Under the pieces are notes generated by a model. It was not told the DNA's origin. It did no database searches and saw only the letters and a program-made list of their open reading frames with translations. 32,000 nucleotides of DNA from Pseudomonas aeruginosa. GTDB taxonomy: Bacteria > Pseudomonadota > Gammaproteobacteria > Pseudomonadales > Pseudomonadaceae. A program made the position numbers and the translations under genes. Location: the NCBI RefSeq assembly GCF_001457615.1, contig NZ_LN831024.1:930001-962000 (forward strand), written 5' to 3'. Shown here one piece after another: positions 1 to 7,591 of the stretch. Every line of letters begins with the position of its first letter. Position 1 is the stretch's first letter.

Positions 1-119
1 CCCCTCACCTCCAGTGGTTGCAGATCGCCGAAGGCGCTCTGCATATCGCTCCGCTGCTCGTCCTGGGTCTCGTGCGCACATGCCATTCCCGCACGCGGAA
101 TACCGATATTGCGTATGGG

Positions 120-410
120 CGAAGGCTTTCTGAGGGATATGCAAGTTTCCTGGGTAGGATTTCGCGCAAATAAACGAACGCTATTTTCCAGTCGATAGTT
201 TCAGCTTGTCGCGGAACTCTTTTTTCAAACTTTTTTCTGCTCTGGCTTGTCCGTTTCGTATTTCATCGTTTTTCATAAATGTCTACGTAGACGTTTTTCG
301 GGGGCTGTTTCAAGTGTCTTTGTTGTTAGTTTACGAGGCGAAAAAATAGTAGTTTTACTATATTAAATATCGTCGGTTTCACTAGAAAATACACATGTTC
401 ACTTTGAACC
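120..410. promoter_or_regulatory. AT-rich intergenic island upstream of the response-regulator gene; contains a 12-bp perfect palindrome GTCTACGTAGAC (281-292) and direct TTCACT repeats (377-382, 397-402)
   Basis: Hand count over 181-410 gives about 37% G+C (84/230), against clearly GC-rich flanks. No credible ORF. The palindrome and repeats were read directly from the sequence. The function (promoter or xenogeneic-silencer target) is inferred. Confidence 0.4.
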
Positions 411-555
411 GGGGCAGTGGCGTCGGCGGATTCCGGACCGCGCTTTCCTCCTTGCCGGCCGAGCGGCGGCCGCCTGCCTGCGGCAGGCATGACCGAGACC
501 ACAGGTTTCCTGGTAACGCTTTCGCCTGCCGTGTACCGCTTAAGGAGACGCAAGG

Positions 556-1200
556 ATGTCCCTACATCGCATTCGCGTAATGGTTGCGGATGATCATCCC
601 GCCATTTCGCTGGGTATTTCCTACGAACTGAGTCAGTGCGGTTCTCTGGAGATGCTCGGTCAAGTTTCCAATTCTACCGAGTTGATCGGTCGGCTCAACG
701 AAGGCGACTGCGATGTCGTTATCGTCGACTATACGATGCCGGGCGGGAAATATGGCGATGGACTGGCATTGTTGTCATTGCTGCGGCGACGTTATCCGCA
801 TCTGCAATTGGTTGTCTTTACCATGCTGAACAATCCGGGCCTTATCCGGGCCATTCTCAAGCAGGGTATCAATTGCATCCTCAGCAAGTCCGACTCGACC
901 AGTCACCTGCTGGCGGCGGTGAGCGCGGCCTATTCGCGAAACCAGTATTTCTCGCCGTCGATCAGGGACATCTTCGTCAACCAGGTGCTTTCCTCGCACA
1001 ACGAACGGCTGACGCCCCGGGAGGCGGAAATCGTCCGTCTGTTCGGCTCCGGACTGACCATCACCGAGATCGCCGAGCGCTCGCATCGCAGCGTGCAGAC
1101 CATCAGTACGCAGAAGGTCAGTGCCATGAAGAAGCTCGGCATCAAGCGCGATGCCGACCTAATCAGGTATGCGGCGGAGGGCTATTGCCGGATGCCCTGA
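556..1200 (+). CDS. Orphan two-component response regulator, NarL/FixJ (LuxR-HTH) family, RcsB-like
   Basis: ATG at 556, with AAGGAG at 542-547. Receiver domain (RVMVADDHP..., DVVIVDYTMPGGKYGDG, VVFTMLNNP) resembles the RcsB PGxKYGDG loop. C-terminal GerE/LuxR HTH (LTPREAEIVRLFGSGLTITEIAERSHRSVQTISTQKVSAMKKLG). No sensor kinase in the window. Confidence 0.9.
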   Translation: MSLHRIRVMVADDHPAISLGISYELSQCGSLEMLGQVSNSTELIGRLNEGDCDVVIVDYTMPGGKYGDGLALLSLLRRRYPHLQLVVFTMLNNPGLIRAILKQGINCILSKSDSTSHLLAAVSAAYSRNQYFSPSIRDIFVNQVLSSHNERLTPREAEIVRLFGSGLTITEIAERSHRSVQTISTQKVSAMKKLGIKRDADLIRYAAEGYCRMP

Positions 1201-1214
1201 CGGATCGGCCCGCT

Positions 1215-1904
1215 TCACCAGGGCAGCGGCTGGTTCCGATAATCGACGAAGCGACAGGCATTCACGCCCGCGGCATCCTCCACCGTCGCGACCAGTCCGG
1301 CGGCGCTTTCCTCGACGCTCAGCGGCGCGCTGTCGCCGCCCATTTCGGTACGCACCCAGCCGGGATGCAGGAGCAACAGGCTGAACGGCAACTCCTCGAA
1401 CTCGCCCTCCCAACTGCGTACCAGGCTGTTCAGCGCCGCCTTGCTGGCGCCGTAGAGCGGCATCGTGGCCGACAGGCCCAGCGCCAGGCTGGCCATCTGC
1501 GAACTCATGAACGCCACCACGCCACCCCGGCTAACCCGTCCGGACAGTGCCCTGGCCAGGCGCAGCGGCGCGATGGCGTTGGTCAGGAATAGCTGGGCGG
1601 TCTGCTCGGCGTCGATTTCCGCCACATCCTGTTGCTGCGGGCCGTAGATGCCGGCGTTGACGATCAGGCGATCGATCCGCCGCTCGCCCAGCATCTCGCC
1701 GATGCGTTCGGCGCAATCGTGTTGGTTGAGGTCGCCGGTCACCGCTTGCAAGCGCTCCCCGGCCCGCTCCGCCAGTGCCTGCAGCCCGGGAGAGCCTTGC
1801 GGTCGCCGGGCGACGGCGAATACCTGTGCGCCACGTTGCAGGAAGGCATCCGCCAGTCCCAGGCCGATGCCGCGCGAGGCGCCGACGATCAGAACGTTGT
1901 GCAT
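1215..1904 (-). CDS. Short-chain dehydrogenase/reductase (SDR, CsgA/C-factor-like)
   Basis: 229-aa ORF with typical GC3-rich codons. Cofactor motif VGASRGIGLG and catalytic YGASK. GGAG lies 6 nt upstream of the ATG (1904). It sits 88 bp downstream of the NRPS-like gene on the same strand. Confidence 0.9.
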   Translation of the reverse strand: MHNVLIVGASRGIGLGLADAFLQRGAQVFAVARRPQGSPGLQALAERAGERLQAVTGDLNQHDCAERIGEMLGERRIDRLIVNAGIYGPQQQDVAEIDAEQTAQLFLTNAIAPLRLARALSGRVSRGGVVAFMSSQMASLALGLSATMPLYGASKAALNSLVRSWEGEFEELPFSLLLLHPGWVRTEMGGDSAPLSVEESAAGLVATVEDAAGVNACRFVDYRNQPLPW

Positions 1905-1992
1905 GAGGTTCTCCGGGCGATAAAGCGGACAGGATACCCAAGCGCGTCCCGCTGCGTAACCGCCGCGGCGACCGGCCGCGGCGGCCTCGACC

Positions 1993-4968
1993 TTACCGCA
2001 TGGCGCTGCCGCCCAGGCCGGCGAGGTACAGGTCGAGCAGGCGGTCGTCGAACTCCGGCTCGCGCACGGCGCTCCCGCGCAGGTGTTCCTCGACGTTGGT
2101 GCAGTCCCAGAGATAGGTGTCCTGGTACAACTCGACGGTGCTGCGGCCGGCGTACATGTTGTCGCGGAACATGCTCAGCAGGGGATAGAGCGGGGCGTCG
2201 CGATTGTCTTCCCAGAGACTTACCCAGTCGTCGAACGGCATCTGCCGAAGGGGACGCCCGGCGCGTCGCCCGAGACGGCCGAAGAACTCGTCCAGGGTCA
2301 GGCAGCGCGGAATGCTCGGCACCAGGTTGAATTTCTTGCCCAGCGCCGAAGGCTGGCGGGCGATGACGCTGATCGCCTCTACCATGTAGTCCACCGTGGT
2401 CAGGCCCTCGCGCAGCTCGCGCAGGAGCGGCACGGCCCGGTACTCCAGGCAGGTCCGCGCCAGCCGGCTCCACCACTGGTAGTCGGCGTAGGCGCCGGTA
2501 CGGCTGTGGCAGGTGGCGTAGCCGAGGCGGAAGGTCATCAGCGGCAGGCCGCGTTCGGCGGCGAGGTCGGCGATCTTTTCCATCACCCATTTGCTGCGCA
2601 CGTAGCCCATGTCGGTGACCACCGCCGGCAGGTTCTGGTCGATGTCGTCGTCCTCGCGCATCAGGCGCTTGCCGGTATGCAGGTGGCCCCAGCTGTACAC
2701 CGAGATGCTCGACAGCAGCATCAGCGGCTTGCAGCGGCCGCTGGCGCAGAAGCGCAGGACCTGGCCGAGCCCCTCGACGTTGTCGCGCTTCATGTAGCTG
2801 TATGGCTGGATGAAGTTCACCGCGCTGGCGGAATGGAAGACCTGGTCGACGCTGCCGGCCAGCTCGCGATAGGTTTCCGCCGGTAGTCCGAAACCTGGTT
2901 CGGCGAGGTCGGCGGCGTAGGCCCTGACCCGTCGCCAGTCCGTCTCGGCGAGTTCGATGCGGTGCTGCCGGGCGGCCTGGCGCAGGCGTTCGAGGGCATG
3001 GGCGTCGTTTTGCGCACGGACCGGACAATGCAGGTCGGCCTCGCGGCTGGCCAGCAGCTCGGCGAGCAGGTGGGCGCCCATCAGCCCGCTGGCGCCGGTG
3101 AGCAGGATGTGCCGTGGCGCCAGCAATTGGGCGGTGTCCATGGGGCGGCTGAAATCCACGTCGGCGGGCAGGCGCACGTCCCGTTGCAGCTCCTGGGCCG
3201 GTTCGCTGTCCAGCGCCGGCGGCGCTTCGCCGGCGCGCCGCGCCAGGCTGGCCGCCAGTTGGCGCACGCTCGGGGTGCGGTAGATGTCGTGGATGTAGGC
3301 ACGGTTGCCGAAGCGTCGGCTCAATTCGCGCACCAGGGCGGCGGCCAGCAGGGAATGGCCGCCGACCTCGAAGAAGCTGTCGTCCAGGCCGAAGTCGGTA
3401 TGCCCCAGCACTTCCTGCCAGGACAGGGCCACTTGCAGTTCGCCGGGGGTGCCGAAGCGTTGCTCGTCGAGTCGTTCCTGGCATTGTTCGTCCAGGTGTC
3501 GACGCAGGGCCTGGCGGTCGATCTTGCCGTTGACCGTGGTCGGCAGGCTGTCCAGCGACAGGTAGCGGCTGGGCAGCATGTAGTCGGGCAGTTCCTGGCG
3601 CAGTGCGGTCTTGATGGCGGCGAGCACGGCCCTGGCATCGCCGTCCTGCTGGCGGGGGACCACGAAGGCGCTCAATTGCTGGCTACCGGAGCGTGGGTCG
3701 GCATGCGCCAGCACCACCGCGCCGTGGATAGCCGGCTGGCGCAACAGCGCGGCCTCGACGTCGCCGAGTTCGACGCGGTGGCCGCGGATCTTCACCTGGT
3801 CGTCCAGCCGACCGAGGAACTGCAGGCTGCCATCGGCCAGGCAGCGGGCCTTGTCGCCGGTGCGGTAGAGCCGACGCCGCAGTGCCTGCGAGTAGTGGAA
3901 GCGCCTGGCGGTCATGTCCGGGTCGCGCAGGTATTCGCGCGCCAGGCAGACGCCCGCCAGGTTCAGCTCACCGGGTCGGTCGCCATGGCAAGGCCGGTCG
4001 TCGGCGTCGAGGATGAATGCCTCGCAGCCGTCGATGGGCGTGCCGATCGAGGCGGGTCGCCGATGTGCTTCGGCGTCGACGATGCGGCAGGTGGCGAAGA
4101 CCGTGGCCTCGGTCGGGCCGTAGTAATCCACCACGGTATAGGGCAGCCCGCCGGTTGCGACCGGCGGCAGTTTTTCCCCGGCGCAGAACAGGTAGCGCAG
4201 CGCCAGCGACGGCGGGGCGGGCTGCTCCGCCAGCGCGGGCACCATCACGGTAGGCGCGAAGGCGTGGCTGATCCGCTGCTCGGCGAAGAATGCCAGCAGC
4301 GCCGCCGGGTCTGGGCGCACCTCGTCGGGCACCAGGTGGAGGCAGGCGCCTGCGCACAGGGTGGACCAGATTTCCCATTGGGAAACGTCGAAGCCGACGC
4401 CGGCCATCAGGGTGGTGCGGCTCCGTTGATCCATATTGAAGCGCCGGTTGTGCCAGCTCACGAGGTTGGCCAGGGAGCGACTCTCGATCACCACGCCCTT
4501 GGGTTCGCCGGTGGTGCCCGAGGTGAAGATCACATACAGCGCTTCGCTGCCGTCGAGCGCCGGTCTCGGCGCGGCACCCGCCGCACTCGTCGCGAGCGCC
4601 TGTGCGATGACCTCCACCGGTTGCCCCGGCAGGTCCTCGGCCTGGGTGGCGAGGGCCAAGGGGGCCTGGCACTGGCGGAGGATTTCCCGCTTGCGCCTGT
4701 CGGGTTGTCGACGGTCCACCGGTACGTAGGCCGCTGCGCACTTGGCGGCCGCCAGGATGGCGATGACCAGTTCGGCCGAGCGTTCGGCCAGCAGGGGCAG
4801 CAGCTCGCCCTGGGCGACGCCGCGCCTGGCCAGGTGGGCGGCCAGCCGGTCGCTGAGCCGGTCGAGTTCGCGGTAGCTGAACGAGCGCTCGCGATCGACG
4901 AGGGCGGGGCGTTCGGGATGGGTATCTGCGTGTTGCCTGAATAAGCCAAGAACAGAATCTTTCGACAT
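1993..4968 (-). CDS. Single-module NRPS-like enzyme, adenylation - carrier (PCP) - terminal thioester reductase (A-T-R); no condensation domain
   Basis: 991 aa. A-domain motifs: LYVIFTSGTTGEPKGV, FDVSQW, YYGPTE, YRTGD, GRLDDQVKIRGHRVELGDVE, NGKIDR. Carrier motif FFEVGGHSLLAAAL (Ser539). Reductase Rossmann motif ILLTGASGLMGAHLL and YVRSK. GGAG lies 8 nt upstream of the ATG (4968). Confidence 0.93.
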   Translation of the reverse strand: MSKDSVLGLFRQHADTHPERPALVDRERSFSYRELDRLSDRLAAHLARRGVAQGELLPLLAERSAELVIAILAAAKCAAAYVPVDRRQPDRRKREILRQCQAPLALATQAEDLPGQPVEVIAQALATSAAGAAPRPALDGSEALYVIFTSGTTGEPKGVVIESRSLANLVSWHNRRFNMDQRSRTTLMAGVGFDVSQWEIWSTLCAGACLHLVPDEVRPDPAALLAFFAEQRISHAFAPTVMVPALAEQPAPPSLALRYLFCAGEKLPPVATGGLPYTVVDYYGPTEATVFATCRIVDAEAHRRPASIGTPIDGCEAFILDADDRPCHGDRPGELNLAGVCLAREYLRDPDMTARRFHYSQALRRRLYRTGDKARCLADGSLQFLGRLDDQVKIRGHRVELGDVEAALLRQPAIHGAVVLAHADPRSGSQQLSAFVVPRQQDGDARAVLAAIKTALRQELPDYMLPSRYLSLDSLPTTVNGKIDRQALRRHLDEQCQERLDEQRFGTPGELQVALSWQEVLGHTDFGLDDSFFEVGGHSLLAAALVRELSRRFGNRAYIHDIYRTPSVRQLAASLARRAGEAPPALDSEPAQELQRDVRLPADVDFSRPMDTAQLLAPRHILLTGASGLMGAHLLAELLASREADLHCPVRAQNDAHALERLRQAARQHRIELAETDWRRVRAYAADLAEPGFGLPAETYRELAGSVDQVFHSASAVNFIQPYSYMKRDNVEGLGQVLRFCASGRCKPLMLLSSISVYSWGHLHTGKRLMREDDDIDQNLPAVVTDMGYVRSKWVMEKIADLAAERGLPLMTFRLGYATCHSRTGAYADYQWWSRLARTCLEYRAVPLLRELREGLTTVDYMVEAISVIARQPSALGKKFNLVPSIPRCLTLDEFFGRLGRRAGRPLRQMPFDDWVSLWEDNRDAPLYPLLSMFRDNMYAGRSTVELYQDTYLWDCTNVEEHLRGSAVREPEFDDRLLDLYLAGLGGSAMR

Positions 4969-5093
4969 GGCTGAGACTCCTGTCTTGCCGGTGGAAAAGA
5001 CGTTATCCGTGGTTTTTCAGCGTATCGAGCGGGGACCAGGGGGAAGGCTGGCGATAGGCCTGGTCCAAGGCTAGCCCCGAGGGGAAATGCGGC

Positions 5094-5113
5094 AACTGCC
5101 ATTTGGTACAGGG
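5094..5113 (-). promoter_or_regulatory. Candidate las/rhl (lux-type) box AACTGCCATTTGGTACAGGG, about 130 bp upstream of the NRPS-like start
   Basis: Has the CT-N12-AG core. By eye, the reverse complement CCCTGTACCAAATGGCAGTT matches 14 of 20 positions of the remembered rhlA box TCCTGTGAAATCTGGCAGTT. This is a pattern match only. Confidence 0.3.
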
Positions 5114-5177
5114 TAAGGGGGGCTTGCCGCCGGGGTCGCCAGGGGCGCCCCGGACGTTTTCGGAAGCGGGACCGGAC

Positions 5178-5384
5178 TCAGTCCAACTGGCCTTCCCGGT
5201 CGTCGAAGATCGCTTCTATGGCCAGTCCGAACACCCGGGCGAGCTTGAACGCCAAGGGCAGGCTTGGATCGTAGCGGCCGGTTTCGATGGCGTTCACCGT
5301 CTGCCGCGATACCTCCAGCTTTCCGGCCAGCTCCGCCTGTGACCAACCGCGCTCCGCGCGCAACTCGCGAACGCGGTTCCTCAT
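5178..5384 (-). CDS. Small XRE/Cro-type HTH transcriptional regulator (68 aa, YozG-like)
   Basis: MRNRVRELRAERGWSQAELAGKLEVSRQTVNAIETGRYDPSLPLAFKLARVFG is a canonical HTH_3 sequence. The ATG at 5382-5384 overlaps the TGA of the upstream membrane-protein gene (ATGA). The 544-aa track ORF is an upstream artefact extension. Confidence 0.88.
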   Translation of the reverse strand: MRNRVRELRAERGWSQAELAGKLEVSRQTVNAIETGRYDPSLPLAFKLARVFGLAIEAIFDDREGQLD

Positions 5385-5770
5385 GCGTAGCGCCTCAGTC
5401 CCAGGACGCAGCCGATGACCCAGAACGCGCCCATCAGGGGCCAGACGAAGAACATCGAGAGTTTCGGAAAGCCGGTGGTTTCGAGGAAACCGTAGGTGAA
5501 GGTGAGCAGGGCGGTGCCGACGAAGGCCAGGGCGAGGGCTTCGAGATGGATGCGCCGGGCCATTTCGTCGAGGCGCCGCAGGTAACGGATCACCACCAGC
5601 GCCAGGGCGACCATCGGTGGCACCGGCAGCAGGGCGAGGAAGACCCGGCCGGCGCCCGGTTCCGTGCCTGCCAGCAACTGGCCGCTGATCAGAACGGCAG
5701 CGGCATAGCCGACCAGCGCGAGAAGCAGTTCGAGGAAGAAACGTTTGTGGGTCATGGTTGAACCGTCCAT
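5381..5770 (-). CDS. Small integral membrane protein (about 4 TM) co-transcribed with the XRE regulator
   Basis: 129-aa ORF (alternative start at 5755, MTHKRFF). Hydrophobic segments: LLLALVGYAAAVLISGQLL, VFLALLPVPPMVALALVVI, LALAFVGTALLTF, FFVWPLMGAFWVIGCVL. 4-nt stop/start overlap with the XRE gene. Confidence 0.75.
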   Translation of the reverse strand: MDGSTMTHKRFFLELLLALVGYAAAVLISGQLLAGTEPGAGRVFLALLPVPPMVALALVVIRYLRRLDEMARRIHLEALALAFVGTALLTFTYGFLETTGFPKLSMFFVWPLMGAFWVIGCVLGLRRYA

Positions 5771-5827
5771 GTAAAGGGGGCTTTACATTGGCCGGGATGC
5801 TCTTCTTTGTCAAGCAAGCTTTACATT
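5768..5827. promoter_or_regulatory. Three copies of CTTTACAT in the divergent promoter region: an inverted pair ATGTAAAG-N5-CTTTACAT (5769-5789) plus a direct copy within GCTTTACATT (5818-5827). Candidate XRE operator.
   Basis: Repeats read directly from the sequence. They lie between the membrane/XRE operon (minus strand) and the methyltransferase gene (plus strand). Assigning them to the XRE protein is inference. Confidence 0.4.
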
Positions 5828-5861
5828 CTCTATGGGCTTGCCTTGGCGAGGAGACTCGGGG

Positions 5862-6698
5862 ATGGTAGCGGGCGGTCTCTGGGAGAACGGCGAAATGGCG
5901 ACGGGCGACGAATTCGACGCGCTGCTGGTGGAAGCCGGCCGCACACCGATGCGCGGCTGGGAATACGACTATGGCGGACGCATCCGCCTGGAACCGCCGC
6001 CATGGGATTTCCCGGGGCGCATGCTGGAGCGCTGCCGGGCCGCCGCCAGCCTGCTGGACATGGGCACCGGCGGCGGCGAATGGTTGAGCCGGCTGCCGTA
6101 TCGTCCGCCGCTCACCGTGGCTACCGAGGGCTGGGCGCCCAACCTGGAGATTGCCCGGGGTCGCCTGGAGCCCCTGGGCATCCGCGTGGTCGAGGTGGAG
6201 GGCGCGCCGGACAACCATCGCCAGGGCCGGGAGGGCGATGGCGGCGGGGCGTTGCCGTTCGCCGATGGCACCTTCGACCTGGTCGGCAACCGCCACGAGT
6301 CCTATCTGCCATCGGAGGTCCGGCGGGTGCTGGCGCCCGGCGGCTGTTTCCTCACCCAGCAGGTGGCCGGCGACTTCAACCGCGAGTTCTATGCGTTGCT
6401 CGGCGAACCGGCGCCGCCGCCGGAGGCACCGCACTGGAATCTGGGTTTCGCCCGCGCCCAGCTGGAGGCCGCGGAGTTGCCGCCGGTGGCAGGCGGCGAA
6501 GGTTGGGAGGTGTTGCACTTCGCCGATGTCGGCGCCCTGGCCTGGTACCTGTTGAACCTGCCCTGGGTATTTCCCGGTTTTTCCTTCAGGCGCCACCGCA
6601 AGGGCCTGCGCGGCCTGCACGAGAGCGGCGAGCCGCTGGCGGTGCGGCAGTTCCTCTTCTGGCTGGAGGCGCGCAACCCCCAGGCCGCGCGCGGCTAG
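5862..6698 (+). CDS. Class I SAM-dependent methyltransferase
   Basis: Motif I LLDMGTGGGEWL and post-I/II region LAPGGCFLTQQV. The ORF is open from 5832. The ATG at 5862 has GAGGAG at 5848-5853, and ATG 5895 is also possible. The stop overlaps the stop of the convergent LuxR gene. Confidence 0.82.
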   Translation: MVAGGLWENGEMATGDEFDALLVEAGRTPMRGWEYDYGGRIRLEPPPWDFPGRMLERCRAAASLLDMGTGGGEWLSRLPYRPPLTVATEGWAPNLEIARGRLEPLGIRVVEVEGAPDNHRQGREGDGGGALPFADGTFDLVGNRHESYLPSEVRRVLAPGGCFLTQQVAGDFNREFYALLGEPAPPPEAPHWNLGFARAQLEAAELPPVAGGEGWEVLHFADVGALAWYLLNLPWVFPGFSFRRHRKGLRGLHESGEPLAVRQFLFWLEARNPQAARG

Positions 6699-7363
6699 AG
6701 GAAGAGTCGCTTCACCAGCTCGGTGCGGCTGCGCGCACCGGTCTTGCGGAACAGGTTGAGCAGGTGGGTCTTCACCGTCGGCAGGCCGAGTCCGAGGCAC
6801 TGCGCCAGGCATTTGTTGCTGACGCCGTCACGCAGCAGCAGGGCGATCTCCCGTTCCCTCGGCGTCAGGCCTTGCAGGCGCTCGGCGCTGGCCGCTGGCG
6901 TGGCGCATGCCTGCGCCGCCAGCTCCATCAGGCCATGCAGGGCGCGCAACTGTCGCAGCTCCTGGTCGGAGAAGGCCCCTAGGCGGGCGTCGCGCAGTAA
7001 CGACAGGGCCGCCACCGGACGCTGCTGCGCATGCGCCAGTACCTCGACCACGTCGCAGATCCCGTGGCGTCGCAGGAAGCCCTGGTACAGCGCGCTGTCC
7101 TTCGCGGGCTGGCGGGCGATGCCCTGGCGCAGCGGCACTACCGGCGAAGCGCTGGCCAGGCAGTGGCGCGGCTGCAGCGGATCGTAGTCGCGGTAGTGGC
7201 GCAGGTAGTCGCGGTGCATGCCGGCCGGCATCCGCAGGAGCTGGAAGTCGTGTGCGCGACAGTCCTCGTCGATGCGATAGAACACGCACAGGCTGGCCGG
7301 CACCACCTGGGTGAAGGCCTGCATGCAGCGCAGGCCGAGGTCGGGCGACAGGGTCGAAGACAT
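6695..7363 (-). CDS. LuxR/GerE-family transcriptional regulator (222 aa), with an uncharacterised N-terminal domain
   Basis: C-terminal HTH LTPREREIALLLRDGVSNKCLAQCLGLGLPTVKTHLLNLFRKTGARSRTELV. ATG at 7361-7363. The rest of the 777-aa track ORF is antisense to the aldehyde dehydrogenase gene and was rejected. Confidence 0.85.
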   Translation of the reverse strand: MSSTLSPDLGLRCMQAFTQVVPASLCVFYRIDEDCRAHDFQLLRMPAGMHRDYLRHYRDYDPLQPRHCLASASPVVPLRQGIARQPAKDSALYQGFLRRHGICDVVEVLAHAQQRPVAALSLLRDARLGAFSDQELRQLRALHGLMELAAQACATPAASAERLQGLTPREREIALLLRDGVSNKCLAQCLGLGLPTVKTHLLNLFRKTGARSRTELVKRLFL

Positions 7364-7591
7364 GGCGCGGGGCTCCCGTGGGACGAGGCGGCGGGACGTC
7401 CACTGTCCCGCCTGCCGGGCAGAATGTCCATGCCCCGGCGTGCCGTCTTGTCTTTCTCTGCCTGGCTTGGCAGGCAGCGGCAAGAAACCCGGCAGGCTGG
7501 AGCAAGCGAGCGGGGGAGCGGCGGGTCCAGAGTATTCCCGGGTAGTAGGCGCATGCACGACGCAGCGCCGTCGCCAAGCCGAGGAGCACAC

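Noticed and set aside
1-203. Possible gene fragment at the left edge. Either a minus-strand start at ATG 84-86 (MACAHETQDEQRSDMQSAFGDLQPLEVR..., leaving the window) or the 3' end of a plus-strand gene stopping near 170.
   Set aside because: Both candidate frames share codon boundaries and show similar GC bias at positions 1 and 3, so I cannot discriminate between them. Neither peptide has a recognisable motif, and the fragment is too short. Left unannotated.
2962-4944. 660-aa plus-strand ORF, and other long ORFs overlapping the NRPS-like gene (1889-3484 minus, 531 aa; 3968-4741 minus, 257 aa)
   Set aside because: They are antisense or out of frame to a gene with unambiguous A-T-R motifs. Their translations are Arg/Gly/Ala/Pro-rich low-complexity sequence, typical of non-coding frames in high-GC DNA. 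They have no motifs and no SD.
1215-6698. Identity with the pvf-type (PvfC A-T-R) signalling cluster of other pseudomonads
   Set aside because: The window lacks the accompanying pvf genes (a diiron N-oxygenase-type PvfB and others). Only an SDR, a methyltransferase and regulators are nearby. So only the A-T-R domain logic is shared, and no pvf assignment is made.
5385-6812. N-terminal extensions of several track ORFs: 5178-6812 for the XRE gene, 16319-17707 for the permease, 20413-21612 for the methyltransferase, 12484-12690 for the RmlD-like gene, 27433-27570 for pgpA and 29586-29618 for ribA
   Set aside because: The extensions run through neighbouring genes or intergenic DNA and have poor protein-like composition. 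Internal starts with SD sequences or stop/start overlaps give proteins of the expected family length.
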